Shown: positions 9,184 through 19,640, counted from the stretch's first letter. The stretch: DNA of 64,000 bases from an uncultured cyanobacterium (GCA_963718615.1 OY970368.1:5344001-5408000); one strand, 5' to 3'. Notes: generated from the sequence alone by a model not told the origin. Program-made: numbers and translations.

Positions 9184-10062
9184 ATGTCCTCAGATGCCCC
9201 CGTCTGTTCTCCTCCCCCGACGCTTTTGGTTCTGGCTTCAATGATATCCACGCAGGTGGGCTCGGCGATCGCCAAACCCCTCTTTCCTGAAGTGGGATCC
9301 TCCGGTGTGGTCTTCCTGCGCCTGTGTTTTGCCACGCTGCTCCTGTTGCTCTGGCAACGTCCTGAGCTCAAGCATTTGACCCGGCGGGATTATGGCCTGC
9401 TCTTGGTCTTTGGTTTGTCGATTGCCCTGATGAATGGCTGCTTCTATGGGGCGATCGCCCGCATTCCCCTGGGCATCGCCGTCACGCTGGAATTTCTGGG
9501 TCCCTTGGGGGTGGCGTTGCTCAATTCCCGTCGGCCTTTGGATTGGGTTTGGGTCCTTTTCGCCGCTGCGGGGGTGGTGTTGCTGTCGCCTGGGGGGCAG
9601 ACTTCCCTTGATCCCTGGGGCCTGGGTCTGGCACTGCTGGCGGCAGTGGGCTGGGGATCCTATATTTTGCTGGCGGCCCGAGTGGGGAAAGTGTTGACTG
9701 GGCCCATTTTGCCCCTGGTGTTGGCGATCGCGGCCCTCGCCATGTTGCCCTTGGGCATTGCCTCCGGCGGGATCGATCTGTTGCAACCCAAGATTTTAGC
9801 CCTGGGGGTGGCGATCGCCTTCCTCTCTTCCGTGGTGACCTATTCCTTTGAAATGGAGGCGCTCAAACGCATGCCGGTGAATGTGTTTGGGGTGTGGATG
9901 AGCTTGGAACCGGCGATCGCCGCAGGCTTAGGGTTTTTGGTGTTGGGAGAGGCCCTATCGGGGCGATCGCTCATGGCCATTGCCTTGGTCAGCCTCGCCG
10001 CTGCGGGGTCAGCGGCCCAGTCGCGCTCAGCCGCCTCCCTCGATTCCCTCGACCCCCACTGA
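9184..10062 (+). CDS. EamA/DMT family exporter (RhtA-like threonine/homoserine exporter)
   Basis: QVGSAIAK.LF, RIPLGIAVTLEFLGPL, YSFEMEALKRMP...MSLEPAIAA. Confidence 0.8.
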   Translation: MSSDAPVCSPPPTLLVLASMISTQVGSAIAKPLFPEVGSSGVVFLRLCFATLLLLLWQRPELKHLTRRDYGLLLVFGLSIALMNGCFYGAIARIPLGIAVTLEFLGPLGVALLNSRRPLDWVWVLFAAAGVVLLSPGGQTSLDPWGLGLALLAAVGWGSYILLAARVGKVLTGPILPLVLAIAALAMLPLGIASGGIDLLQPKILALGVAIAFLSSVVTYSFEMEALKRMPVNVFGVWMSLEPAIAAGLGFLVLGEALSGRSLMAIALVSLAAAGSAAQSRSAASLDSLDPH

Positions 10063-10082
10063 AGACGCGGCCCTCTTTGTGA

Positions 10083-10520
10083 TCACGACTTGTGATAGCT
10101 GCCGCCGTGTAAAATATTCTTGGCTCGATACAGTTGCTCCACCAAGAGCAGCCGCGCCAGCTCATGGGGAAAGGTCATGGGCGACAAGCTGAAGCACTGC
10201 TCGGCGGCCTGTTTGACCGTCTGATCTAAGCCTTCCGCGCTACCCAGGACAAACACCAAGGCATTGGAATCCGCCTCGCCTAAAAATCGGGCAAACTGTT
10301 TTGAGGTATAGGGTTTACCCTCTTCCGTTAGGGCAATGAGGCGATCGCTCCCCTGCACCATCGACAGCAGTTTCTTCCCTTCTTCCGCCGGACTGGAATC
10401 CTTAATTTCCACCACTTCAAGCTCGGGCAGCCGCTTCAGATAGATCCCGATTCCCATTTGAATCCAGTCCTTTTTGACCCGACCCACCGCAATTAGCTTG
10501 ACCTTGGGAAAACTCTGCAT
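10083..10520 (-). CDS. rlmH: 23S rRNA m3Psi1915 methyltransferase
   Basis: KLIAVGR, SLSPMTFPHELARLLLVEQLYRA..I..G..YHK. Confidence 0.92.
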   Translation of the reverse strand: MQSFPKVKLIAVGRVKKDWIQMGIGIYLKRLPELEVVEIKDSSPAEEGKKLLSMVQGSDRLIALTEEGKPYTSKQFARFLGEADSNALVFVLGSAEGLDQTVKQAAEQCFSLSPMTFPHELARLLLVEQLYRAKNILHGGSYHKS

Positions 10521-10717
10521 CTCGATCGGGATTCATCCTGGTTATGAGTTCAAAATATTATAGAAAATATTATAAATTCCTCGACCCAACTATCCCCAAA
10601 CCCCCGCTCAAAGCTTTAGAGTGTCGGCTAGGGCTAGCGGTTCTGCGACCAGTGTTTGCTGGCTGCTCGTCACGCTCGGTTGCTTCTGGCCGATTTGCTG
10701 CATCATCACTAGGATTT

Positions 10718-12208
10718 ATGGATATCCAAACGCCTGACTGGGTTAAACATGCCGTTTTTTATCAGATTTTTCCCGATCGCTTTGCCAAAACCAACCGTCC
10801 CCGTGCTGAATTACCCCCTGCGATGCAGGTGCCCCTAGAGCCCTGGGATGCTTTACCCACCGTCCATGGCTACAAGGGGGGAGATCTGTGGGGCATTGCC
10901 GAAAATCTCGACTATCTCGTGGATTTGGGCGTGACTGCCATTTACTTCACGCCGCTGTTTCAGTCTGCCTCCAACCACCGCTATCACACCCACGACTATT
11001 ATCAAATTGATCCGATGTTGGGGGGCAATGATGCCTTTGAGTTCATGCTCAAAGCCGCCCACGATCGCAATCTCAAAGTGGTCCTCGATGGCGTTTTTAA
11101 CCATGCCAGCCGGGGCTTTTTCTTTTTCAATGATTTGCTCGAAAATGGTGCACAATCCCCCTGGCGAGACTGGTTTCGGATCCAGGGTTGGCCACTCTCC
11201 GCCTATGATGCCGATAAGCCGATGAACTATGTGGGCTGGTGGAATTTGCCCGCGCTGCCGGTGTTTAATCATGACAATCCCCAGGCACGGGAATATCTCA
11301 TGCAGGTGGCAGAATACTGGCTCAAAAAAGGCATTGATGGCTGGCGATTGGATGTACCGGGGGAGGTCAAAACGCCGGGATTTTGGCAGGAATTTCGCGA
11401 TCGCATCAAAGCCATCAACCCCGAAGCCTACATCGTGGGCGAAATTTGGGACGATGCGAAGGACTGGCTCGATGGCACCCAGTTTGATGGGGTCATGAAC
11501 TATTTGTTTACCAGTCCGACGCTGGCGTTTGCGGGGGGCGATCGCGTTGTCATGTCCCTCGTCGAAGGACCCGGTTACTATCCCTATCCGGCGATCGATG
11601 CCCATGCCTATGGCAACCGCATTCGCCATCTCTTGGCCCATTATCCCTGGGAAATTCAGCTGACCCAGCTCAATTTGCTTTCCAGCCATGACATTGCCCG
11701 CGCCCTGAGTGTGGTGGGGGGCGATCGCGCTAGTTTTGAGTTAGCCGTGCTGTTGCAAATGACGTTTCCTGGCGCGCCCAGTATCTACTACGGCGATGAG
11801 GTCGGGTTGTTGGGAGGGCTAGATCCAGACTGTCGGCGGGGGTTTCCGGCGGCGGAAGCCTGGGATCAAGGCTATCTTGATTTGCACAAACAACTGATTG
11901 CCCTGCGACGACGCTATCCTGCCTTGCGAACCGGCCATTATGAAGTCCTGTGGGCGGAGGGGATGTGTTATGCCTTTTTGCGATCGCTCCCCGAGGACAC
12001 CCGGATGGTGATTGTCAATGCGGGCGAAACTGCGGCTCAACTGACGTTGCCAGGGGACAAACTGACACCCAGCGCCCAAAATCCGACCGCACCGCCGGAG
12101 CTTTTGTTAGGGACGGGGGCAGCGGTAGGCCTAACAGGGGAAACCATGATTCGGCAGGCGGAGCAGCTAGAAATTCAAGTGCCAGCCCGGAGTGGCATGG
12201 TGATTTAA
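10718..12208 (+). CDS. GH13 neopullulanase/cyclomaltodextrinase-type glycoside hydrolase
   Basis: TPDWVKHAVFYQIFPDRF, DGVFNH, DGWRLDV, GEIW, SSHD, IYYGDE. Confidence 0.9.
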   Translation: MDIQTPDWVKHAVFYQIFPDRFAKTNRPRAELPPAMQVPLEPWDALPTVHGYKGGDLWGIAENLDYLVDLGVTAIYFTPLFQSASNHRYHTHDYYQIDPMLGGNDAFEFMLKAAHDRNLKVVLDGVFNHASRGFFFFNDLLENGAQSPWRDWFRIQGWPLSAYDADKPMNYVGWWNLPALPVFNHDNPQAREYLMQVAEYWLKKGIDGWRLDVPGEVKTPGFWQEFRDRIKAINPEAYIVGEIWDDAKDWLDGTQFDGVMNYLFTSPTLAFAGGDRVVMSLVEGPGYYPYPAIDAHAYGNRIRHLLAHYPWEIQLTQLNLLSSHDIARALSVVGGDRASFELAVLLQMTFPGAPSIYYGDEVGLLGGLDPDCRRGFPAAEAWDQGYLDLHKQLIALRRRYPALRTGHYEVLWAEGMCYAFLRSLPEDTRMVIVNAGETAAQLTLPGDKLTPSAQNPTAPPELLLGTGAAVGLTGETMIRQAEQLEIQVPARSGMVI

Positions 12209-12242
12209 AGCAAGTGGAAACCAGCCAATTGGCGACCGAAAA

Positions 12243-13022
12243 CTAGCAAGACAAAAAGCGGCGAAGCTGATGGGCGATCGCCGCTGGATTTTCTAAATGA
12301 ATGTTGTGTCCTGCATTCGCAATGATTTTGAGCTGTGCGCTAGGACACTGTTCAACCATGGTTCGATTGAGATCGACATATTTAGGATCCAGTTCTCCTG
12401 CTAACAACAAAAGGGGGTGGGAATGGTGAGTCAATTTTTCCCAAAGATTGGGTTGTGAACCGGTTCCCATTTTCCTTAGGGAACAAGATAAATTTTGAGG
12501 AGAATTTTTTAAGCGACGCTGCATCATGGCGTCAAAAGCCTGTGGATATCTTTTGAGCGAAACGAACAAAGATTGCTCATACCAGATTGTTAAAAAGTTA
12601 TGAAAATTGTTTTCGATCGCCATGGAATGCTGAAAGTCCTTGATCTGTCGTGCTTTTCGATCTTCATCTTTTCTTAATCCTGGCGAGGCGGATTCCAAGA
12701 CAGCCTGTGGAAAAACCTGTGGAAAACTCAGGGCGCAGTAGAGCGCCAGTCGTCCTCCCATGGAGTATCCCATGAGTAAATCGGGCTGAATTTTCTGTCG
12801 TTGGAGCCAGTTCACGAGGTGCTCTGCGGTCTGCTCCATGGCAAAGCATTGGGGATCCTGAACCTGAGTTTGGCCGTGGCCGGGTAAATCGACGGCGATA
12901 CAGCAAAAATCATTCTGTAGGTGTTCCATGACGGGCCACCAGTCTGCGCTACTCCCCATAAACCCATGGAGAAAGAGGAGAATCGGCCCTTGTCCCGTGC
13001 GAATGGCATGGAATTCAATCAT
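12243..13022 (-). CDS. menH: 2-succinyl-6-hydroxy-2,4-cyclohexadiene-1-carboxylate synthase
   Basis: FLHGFMGSSADW, DLPGHG, GYSMGGRLAL, LESASPGL, GHNIHLENP; start taken at MIEFHA. Confidence 0.85.
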   Translation of the reverse strand: MIEFHAIRTGQGPILLFLHGFMGSSADWWPVMEHLQNDFCCIAVDLPGHGQTQVQDPQCFAMEQTAEHLVNWLQRQKIQPDLLMGYSMGGRLALYCALSFPQVFPQAVLESASPGLRKDEDRKARQIKDFQHSMAIENNFHNFLTIWYEQSLFVSLKRYPQAFDAMMQRRLKNSPQNLSCSLRKMGTGSQPNLWEKLTHHSHPLLLLAGELDPKYVDLNRTMVEQCPSAQLKIIANAGHNIHLENPAAIAHQLRRFLSC

Positions 13023-13051
13023 GGCATGCAACCCTTCCACTCGACCAGCCT

Positions 13052-14434
13052 CTAGCGCAGAATAATCAGTCGCGCGACGCTGAGATAAATAAACACCCCC
13101 GACACATCCACCGCTGTGGTAATAAAAGGAGCCGACATCAGCGCCGGATCGAGTCCCAACTTTTGAAACAGCAACGGCAGCATCGAGCCCGCCGTCGAAG
13201 CCAACACCGAAATGGCCACCAAACTGATCCCCACGGAAATCGCCACCGTAGCATCCTGCTGGAGCCAATAGGCCCAAATCGTCACCACGAGCGCCAACAT
13301 CAGCCCCAGCAAGAGTCCCGCCGTGGCCTCTCGCAAAATCACCTTTCCCGCGCCCAAGTTGCGAATGCTATCGGTGTTTAAGCCGCGAATCACAACGGTT
13401 GAAGACTGGGCTCCCACATTTCCCCCCGTTCCAATCAGCAAAGGAATAAAGGCCGTGAGCGCCACCACCTGTTTCAGGACATCCTGATGGTTGCTGATCA
13501 CCGCGCTGGTTCCTGTGTTAGTAATTAAAAGCACAAATAGCCAAACCACCCGCCGTCGGGCGACGGTAAGCAAATTGGTCTGAAAGTAGTCAGCCCCATC
13601 TCCGGTTTGGACCCCACCAAGGGCATAGATATCTTCCGTGGCCTCCGCTTCAACGATGTCCAGCACATCATCCACCGTCACAATACCGACGAGGCGCTGC
13701 TCGCGATCCACCACTGGCACTGCTAAAAAGTCATAGCGCTGAATAATCCGAGCCACTTCCTCCTGGTCCGCATCCGTTTGCACCGCCACAACTTCGCGGG
13801 TCATGATCTGGCCGATGGTTTCCTGGGGGTGAGCAATTACGATATCCCGCAGAGATAAAATCCCCCGCAAGCGTCGCGCTGCATCCGTACTGTAAAGGTA
13901 ATAAATAGTTTCCTTCACATCCGCGAGGCTGCGAATATATTTCAGCGCCTCCTCGACGGTCATTGTTTCCTTGAGAGAAATATATTCCGGCGTCATGATC
14001 CGGCCCGCCGTGTTGGGCTCATAGCCCAGAAGCATCGACGTCAGTTCCCGTTCCTGGGGGCTCATTTGCAGGAGCAGACGACGGACAAACTTGGCTGGGA
14101 GTTCGTCAAACAGCTTGGCTCGGTCATCGGGAGACATTTGCTCCACGATGTCAAAGACTTCCTGGCTCTTGAACTCTTCAATCAGCGCCTGCTGGACAGA
14201 GGAATCCAGGTGTTCATAAACTTCGATCGCCTCATCCTTGGAGAGTAGCCGGAAGGCGATCGCCTGCATGGCCTGGGGTAAATCTTCGATCGCATCGGCA
14301 ATATCCGCAGCTTGAACCGGCACCAGCAGCGTTTTGGCCCCTTGGAGATTATCCTGCGCTAAGAGCGCCTGAAGCTGTGCCCGCACCAGGTCCCGAATTT
14401 CAGTGCGCGATAGGGTCGGGGAAGAATCTGTCAA
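13052..14434 (-). CDS. mgtE: Magnesium transporter
   Basis: N-domain, CBS pair (TAGRIMTPEY, GIVTVDD), GGNVGAQSST, DPALMSAPFITTAVD. Confidence 0.93.
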   Translation of the reverse strand: MTDSSPTLSRTEIRDLVRAQLQALLAQDNLQGAKTLLVPVQAADIADAIEDLPQAMQAIAFRLLSKDEAIEVYEHLDSSVQQALIEEFKSQEVFDIVEQMSPDDRAKLFDELPAKFVRRLLLQMSPQERELTSMLLGYEPNTAGRIMTPEYISLKETMTVEEALKYIRSLADVKETIYYLYSTDAARRLRGILSLRDIVIAHPQETIGQIMTREVVAVQTDADQEEVARIIQRYDFLAVPVVDREQRLVGIVTVDDVLDIVEAEATEDIYALGGVQTGDGADYFQTNLLTVARRRVVWLFVLLITNTGTSAVISNHQDVLKQVVALTAFIPLLIGTGGNVGAQSSTVVIRGLNTDSIRNLGAGKVILREATAGLLLGLMLALVVTIWAYWLQQDATVAISVGISLVAISVLASTAGSMLPLLFQKLGLDPALMSAPFITTAVDVSGVFIYLSVARLIILR

Positions 14435-14698
14435 GATAGCCTCGCTTTGAAATCTTCGTCTTGAAATCTTCGTCAGGGGGAATCTTCAGGGATCAATCTT
14501 TAGGGATCATAGATTCCAGATCAATTTTGCAATAAACCCATGTCTTTCTTAATTAGATCGATCAATTGCTGGGAGTGCAACCGCCTCCTGCGTAAATATT
14601 AAATAAATTGGAAGCATCTGGATAAATCCTCTTCTATGGTGGTACGAGACGCAAAATTCTGGGTGTATCAATCCAGATCCTATTAGTGAGGTCAGCTT

Positions 14699-15619
14699 AT
14701 GGAACTGCATGAGCTGCTGGCAGCCTACGAAACCGGTGAACGTAGCTTTAATGGAGCCGATTTACAGGGAATTAATCTAAGTCAGAGGACGTTAATTGAG
14801 ATTCAGTTCTTTGGTGCGAATCTCATGGGTAGTAATTTAAGTCGTAGCTTTTTGCTACGGGCGAACTTGCAGGATGCGTTTTTGAACTGGGCCAATCTCA
14901 GTTATGCCAAGTTGGGAGAAGCGACGTTGGCTGATGCGGATCTGACCAAGGCGGATCTGACCGGGGCCTTTGCCATCAAAGCCGATCTGAACCATGCCAA
15001 GCTTAGTGGGGCAACGCTTTGTGATATTAACCTACGCGGTGCAAACCTGCGTCGGGCCAATCTTTCCGGTGCGAATCTACGCGGTGCGAATTTGCGCGGT
15101 GCGGATCTACGCGGTGCGAATTTGAGCTGGGCCAATTTGGAGGGGGCTCGCCTAAGTGGTGCGTTATTGGAGGGAGCCTTTCTCCACCAAGTCAATTTGA
15201 AGGGAGCGTTTTTGAATGGATTAGAGTTGCCCGGTGTGGATTTGAGCGGTGTCAACCTGGGGGAGGCAAGGCTCAGCGGGATTAGTTTGAAGGGAGCCCA
15301 TCTCAAGGCTTCTAGTCTCTGGTCTGCCAGGGGCCGGGGTGCCCAATTGACCGGGGCAGACTTCCAAGGGGCTAATTTGAGTCGTGCATTGCTCATGAAT
15401 GCCGATCTGAAGTGGAGTAATCTGCGACAGGCGGATTTGAGCGAGGCCGATCTCCGGGGGGCAAACCTGCTGGGCGCAAAGATCGACGGGGCTACCTTTA
15501 CTGGAGCCCTGGTCTCCCAGGAATTGTATCGCTATCTTCGCTTGATTGCGGTGGGCAATCCCTACGAAGGATTAGAAAGCACGGCTCAGACCTTAGAGCG
15601 TTCGATTGCTGTAAGTTAA
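14699..15619 (+). CDS. Pentapeptide repeat protein
   Basis: Long A(N/D)LxG repeats after the YETGERSF N-terminus. Confidence 0.92.
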   Translation: MELHELLAAYETGERSFNGADLQGINLSQRTLIEIQFFGANLMGSNLSRSFLLRANLQDAFLNWANLSYAKLGEATLADADLTKADLTGAFAIKADLNHAKLSGATLCDINLRGANLRRANLSGANLRGANLRGADLRGANLSWANLEGARLSGALLEGAFLHQVNLKGAFLNGLELPGVDLSGVNLGEARLSGISLKGAHLKASSLWSARGRGAQLTGADFQGANLSRALLMNADLKWSNLRQADLSEADLRGANLLGAKIDGATFTGALVSQELYRYLRLIAVGNPYEGLESTAQTLERSIAVS

Positions 15620-15659
15620 AAGCAGTTTCTCACGTTGATTAGGCTACAAGCAGTTTCTC

Positions 15660-15692
15660 AAAAGGGGAGGTCGTCGACGTCCCCTTTCCTTT
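15660..15692 (+). terminator. Probable intrinsic terminator
   Basis: AAAGGGGA...TCCCCTTT stem followed by a pyrimidine run, after the pentapeptide gene. Confidence 0.5.
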
Positions 15693-15757
15693 GCTGTTTA
15701 TGATGGATCTTTGTTCTGTGTTTTGTGTCCTGTGTTTTGTTTGGAGCGGTTGCATCC

Positions 15758-16300
15758 ATGAACTCTGCTGTCCCGATTTTGCCCCTCGCGGCGCTGGAAT
15801 TTTTGCCCTATTTGGACTCGGAGGGCGGGGTGCCGGACTCTATCGGTCAGGGCCAGGTGGGGGTCTATGCTATTTTTGATGGCGATCGCACCCTCCAATA
15901 CATCGGCATGTCCCGCGATATCTATCTCAGTTTGCAACAGCATCTCACCCGTTGTCCTGAGGCTTGCTATTGGGTCAAGCTACAGACGATCGATCGCCCC
16001 AATCGGACTCAGCTAGAGGAGATTCGGGCGGCTTGGATTGCAGAGGTGGGGGAAATACCCGTGGGCAATGGCCCGGAAGAAGAGTGCTGGACCCAGGCGA
16101 TCGATGCCCGCAAGCAGGCCACTCCTGAGGAAAAGGCTGCCTATGCCGCTGCGGATGACGCGGGGCGGATTAAGGTGTTAAAGCAACTGGCTCGGCGGGT
16201 GGAGGCGGAGGTCAAAGCGCGGCTCGTGGCCCGAGGGGTGACGATGGCGTTTCGATTTGATCCCAAGCTCAAAGAACAGGGGTTGCTAACACTCAAATAG
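15758..16300 (+). CDS. Cyanobacterial GIY-YIG-like protein
   Basis: GVYAIFD...LQYIGMSRDI motif. Confidence 0.8.
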   Translation: MNSAVPILPLAALEFLPYLDSEGGVPDSIGQGQVGVYAIFDGDRTLQYIGMSRDIYLSLQQHLTRCPEACYWVKLQTIDRPNRTQLEEIRAAWIAEVGEIPVGNGPEEECWTQAIDARKQATPEEKAAYAAADDAGRIKVLKQLARRVEAEVKARLVARGVTMAFRFDPKLKEQGLLTLK

Positions 16301-16342
16301 TTGGCCCTTGCCGCTTGGATTCTTTCCTTTATTTCATTTTTT

Positions 16343-17113
16343 ATGCTGGATCTTGGCGCAACTGAAGCGGTGTTAGCGCTCTGCTTGGGGCTGATTCCTC
16401 TGGTTCTTTCCCAGGTGCAACGCTTGAACCTCGGTGGGGAGATCCTTCTGAGCCTCGGACGGGCGATTGTACAACTGATTGTCTTGGCCTATGTCCTGTC
16501 GCTGGCGTTTAGCCAACCTGCGCCCTGGGCCACGTTTGCTGTCCTGGGGCTGTTGGGGTTGATAACGACTCGTTTATTGAGCCAGCGCATTAGCCCGGAT
16601 TTGCCGGGGCTGACGGTTTGGGTGGCGGCGGCGCTGCTGACCAGTTTGGGGACGGTGCTGAGCTATGCGGTTTTGGTGGTGATTCGGCCAGATGCCTGGT
16701 TTGATCCCCAGTATTGGATTCCCCTGGGCAGTGCCCTGTTGGCCCAATGTCTGAATGGAGGGGCGATCGCCGGAGATCAGTTGCTTCGACTCCTGCAACG
16801 CCATCGTGCAGACATCGAAACCCGTTTGAGTTTGGGGGCAACGCCGGGACAAGCGGTGCAAACCTACCGACAGGCCGCCCTGCGAACCGCGCTGTTGCCT
16901 AACCTGAACACCCTGGCGATCGCCGGTTTGGGTAATATTCCTCTGTTTATGAATGGGCAACTGATTGCGGGGGCCAATCCCTTAGTAGCTGTTTTGTATG
17001 AGCTACTGTTGGGATTGGTGTTGCTGAGCGGGGGGGCGATCGCCGCGAGCCTGATTTGCTGGGGCATTGAACGGTTGAGCTTTACGGCCCAGGCTCAGCT
17101 CAAGGAGATCTAG
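16343..17113 (+). CDS. UPF0014/FetB-like ABC permease
   Basis: GRAIVQL, PQYWIPLG, IETRLSLGATP, GQLIAGANPL. Confidence 0.8.
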   Translation: MLDLGATEAVLALCLGLIPLVLSQVQRLNLGGEILLSLGRAIVQLIVLAYVLSLAFSQPAPWATFAVLGLLGLITTRLLSQRISPDLPGLTVWVAAALLTSLGTVLSYAVLVVIRPDAWFDPQYWIPLGSALLAQCLNGGAIAGDQLLRLLQRHRADIETRLSLGATPGQAVQTYRQAALRTALLPNLNTLAIAGLGNIPLFMNGQLIAGANPLVAVLYELLLGLVLLSGGAIAASLICWGIERLSFTAQAQLKEI

Positions 17114-17156
17114 ATCTCTAGGCGATATCTTTGGGGATATTTCTGGGCGATCGGGA

Positions 17157-18164
17157 TCAAGAAACCGCTTGGGCTGCAACTCGGTTTGCGTCCCACTTGC
17201 GGGGCTCACTAGCCCGACGAATATTCCGCCAGATCTGGGTTGCGGCCAAGGTTCCATCTGCAACGGCGATCGAAACTTGGTTGAGTCCTTGCTTCAAATC
17301 ACCGAGGGCAAAGATCCGCTCGTGGCTTGTTTGGGTCATCGTATTGGTGACTAAACTCTCGCCTTCCCACTCCAGCCCCGCAATCCCCTTGAGATAGTGA
17401 TTGTGGTAGATCGAGCCCATGTTGACCAGCCCTGTGGTTGCCTCCACGACGGTGCCATCCACGAGCTCCACGCCGCTCATCTTGTGGTTTTCTCCGAGGA
17501 AGCGCGCAATCGGTTGTTCATACAGCGGATAGCCATGGTCTGCCAGTTTTTGCTTCATCGCATCACTCACGGAAACCAGTCCATGGGTTAAAACCGAAAT
17601 GTAGGGCGTAAACCAATTCAACACAAAGGCCGCGTTGATTTGACCTTCGGTGCCTGCGATCAAAACGGCCTTTTGATCCCACATATCAAAGCCATCACAA
17701 ATCATGCAAACATGGAGCGTGTAGCCTGCATAATCGTAGACATTTTGCATGTTATCAAGCTGGGGCAAGTTGTCGATAATGCCTGAGGCTGCAATCAAAT
17801 ATTTGCTGCGGAAGACGGGATAGGTACTGTCCTTTTTGCCAACTTTAACCCGTACCGCTAAGGTATCCCCTTCATCGGTCACGTCCTCGACATAGCCGCG
17901 CAAATGATCCGCGCCCCAATCAAGTGCTTGTTTGGTGGCATGGTTGAGAATATCGCGACCGGGGGTATCCGGCTCTAAACCTACGTAGTTGCGGAGATCC
18001 TGCATCCAGAGCGATCGCCCCCGGCCCTTTTCTATCACTAAACAATTCAAACCATAGCGAGCCAAGTAAATGGCAGCGGAAAGCCCACCCATACCGCCCC
18101 CCACGACGATGGCGTCATAGACTGTACCCAGGCGGGTATCAAGATTTTTACTAGTGAGTTTCAT
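17157..18164 (-). CDS. Thioredoxin reductase-like NAD(P)/FAD oxidoreductase
   Basis: VVGGGMGGLSAA, CMICDG redox motif, IFALGD. Confidence 0.85.
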   Translation of the reverse strand: MKLTSKNLDTRLGTVYDAIVVGGGMGGLSAAIYLARYGLNCLVIEKGRGRSLWMQDLRNYVGLEPDTPGRDILNHATKQALDWGADHLRGYVEDVTDEGDTLAVRVKVGKKDSTYPVFRSKYLIAASGIIDNLPQLDNMQNVYDYAGYTLHVCMICDGFDMWDQKAVLIAGTEGQINAAFVLNWFTPYISVLTHGLVSVSDAMKQKLADHGYPLYEQPIARFLGENHKMSGVELVDGTVVEATTGLVNMGSIYHNHYLKGIAGLEWEGESLVTNTMTQTSHERIFALGDLKQGLNQVSIAVADGTLAATQIWRNIRRASEPRKWDANRVAAQAVS

Positions 18165-18247
18165 CGTTCCTGCGCTCCACTAATCCGGCTGCATGGCTCA
18201 AAGCCTGAAATTGGCAAAGAGGGTGTATTAATTTTACCCCTCTTTAC

Positions 18248-18306
18248 CTTGGACTATTCCTTTGGACTATTCCTTTGGACGACTCCCTTGGGTTGATTCC
18301 CTAGGA
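18248..18306. repeat. Degenerate 14-bp short tandem repeat
   Basis: CTTGGACTATTCCT TTGGACTATTCCT TTGGACGACTCCC TTGGG. Confidence 0.6.
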
Positions 18307-18339
18307 CCACCATCCTCAGAACTCACGGACGGGCATTGA

Positions 18340-18912
18340 CTAGCCCACAAACGCTAGGCGAGGAGCTGAAACGCCTTCAGATTGTGTGCCCTTGAGATAA
18401 GCGAGCATCGTGTCTGCATCAGAGACTTCAAAGGGGTCGATGGGGCAGTTGTCACCGAAGTCAGATTCAACAAAGATGTTCTCGATGGTGCCGTCGTTCA
18501 CGAGCATTGAATAGCGCCAAGACCGCATGCCAAAGCCGAGGTTAGACTTATCGACGAGCATGCCCATTTTGCGGGTAAATTCGCCATTGCCATCGGGGAG
18601 CAAAAAGACATTCTTCGCACCGATTTGCTTACCCCACTGGAACATCACAAAGGCATCATTGACCGAGACGCAAATGATTTGGTCAACGCCTTGGGCTTGG
18701 AACTCTTCGTACAGTTCTTCGTAGCGAGGCAGGTGATTAGAGGAGCAGGTGGGAGTGAAAGCACCGGGTAGGGAGAAAACTACAACCTTCTTTCCGCCAA
18801 AAATATCTTGGGTGGTTTTGTCTTCCCAGCGATAGGGATTGGGACCTTCTACAGACTCATCCCGAACGCGGGTTTTGAATACAACATTGGGTACACGTTC
18901 AATAACGGCCAT
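18340..18912 (-). CDS. Type II (Prx5-like) peroxiredoxin
   Basis: [35 protein letters not shown]. Confidence 0.92.
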   Translation of the reverse strand: MAVIERVPNVVFKTRVRDESVEGPNPYRWEDKTTQDIFGGKKVVVFSLPGAFTPTCSSNHLPRYEELYEEFQAQGVDQIICVSVNDAFVMFQWGKQIGAKNVFLLPDGNGEFTRKMGMLVDKSNLGFGMRSWRYSMLVNDGTIENIFVESDFGDNCPIDPFEVSDADTMLAYLKGTQSEGVSAPRLAFVG

Positions 18913-19027
18913 AGCTACCTCTTTTGCGTTTTTACCTGTGTAAGACTTCAAAACGATTTTCCAAGTTTGGCTTAAAGCTTTGCCTTGGACCTTTAGCTTG
19001 GAGCTGCGTTTTTAGCGGTCGTTACTT

Positions 19028-19078
19028 AATTCAGAATAATTCTGAGTTAGGAATTGATCAATGAGTAAAATTACTCAT
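19028..19078. promoter_or_regulatory. Candidate PerR operator palindromes in the divergent promoter
   Basis: TCAGAAT-A-ATTCTGA (19031-19045, 7-1-7) and ATGAGTAA-AA-TTACTCAT (19061-19078) between the peroxiredoxin and Fur-family genes. Confidence 0.6.
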
Positions 19079-19226
19079 TCTTTATTTTTTATCCTATGAT
19101 TTTTCTATTCTGAGAAAGGAATGTTATCGTTGAAGAGTAAGGCTAGGCAATGGAATTCGGTCCTACAAATTCAGTCCTGATCAGTCCTGAAATATACCGG
19201 AGGGTCCGTAGCGGGGGGAAAGAGAC

Positions 19227-19640
19227 ATGCAGCGTCAAGCAGATAAGGTTGTGCAAATCCTCAAGGCAAAAGGATTGCGGGTGACGCCGCAGCGGTTTGC
19301 TGTGTATGCCAATCTGCTGGAGCGTACAGACCATCCCACAGCGGAACAAATTTTGCATGATTTGAACCAAGCAGCGCCGACCTCTTCCCAGGCGACGGTG
19401 TATAGCTCGTTACAGGCGTTGCGGGATGTGGGCCTAGTGCGGGAGGTGCTGTTGGAGGAAGGGGTTTGTCGCTACGATGCCAATGTGGGGCCGCATCACC
19501 ATTTTCGCTGTAGGTGTTGTGGGGCCATCGAGGATATTGCTTGGGAGCAATTGCAAGGGGTGGCGATCGAGCGACTGCGACCGGGTTTGCAAGTGGATGC
19601 CTATGAGATTACGGTCCATGGGGTGTGCGATCGCTGCTAG
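19227..19640 (+). CDS. perR: Fur family peroxide-responsive regulator
   Basis: GLRVTPQR, HPTAE, SQATVY, HHHFRCRCCG, CDRC; divergent from the peroxiredoxin. Confidence 0.75.
   Translation: MQRQADKVVQILKAKGLRVTPQRFAVYANLLERTDHPTAEQILHDLNQAAPTSSQATVYSSLQALRDVGLVREVLLEEGVCRYDANVGPHHHFRCRCCGAIEDIAWEQLQGVAIERLRPGLQVDAYEITVHGVCDRC

Noticed and set aside
10544-10717. N-terminal extension of the GH13 ORF, and similar extensions of menH, the Rieske gene, rbp and URC1
   Set aside because: Longest-ORF artefacts; family-typical starts lie downstream.
14445-14510. Short tandem repeats (TTGAAATCTTCGTC x2, also 39951-39983 and 54722-54748)
   Set aside because: Ordinary low-copy cyanobacterial short repeats with no further structure.
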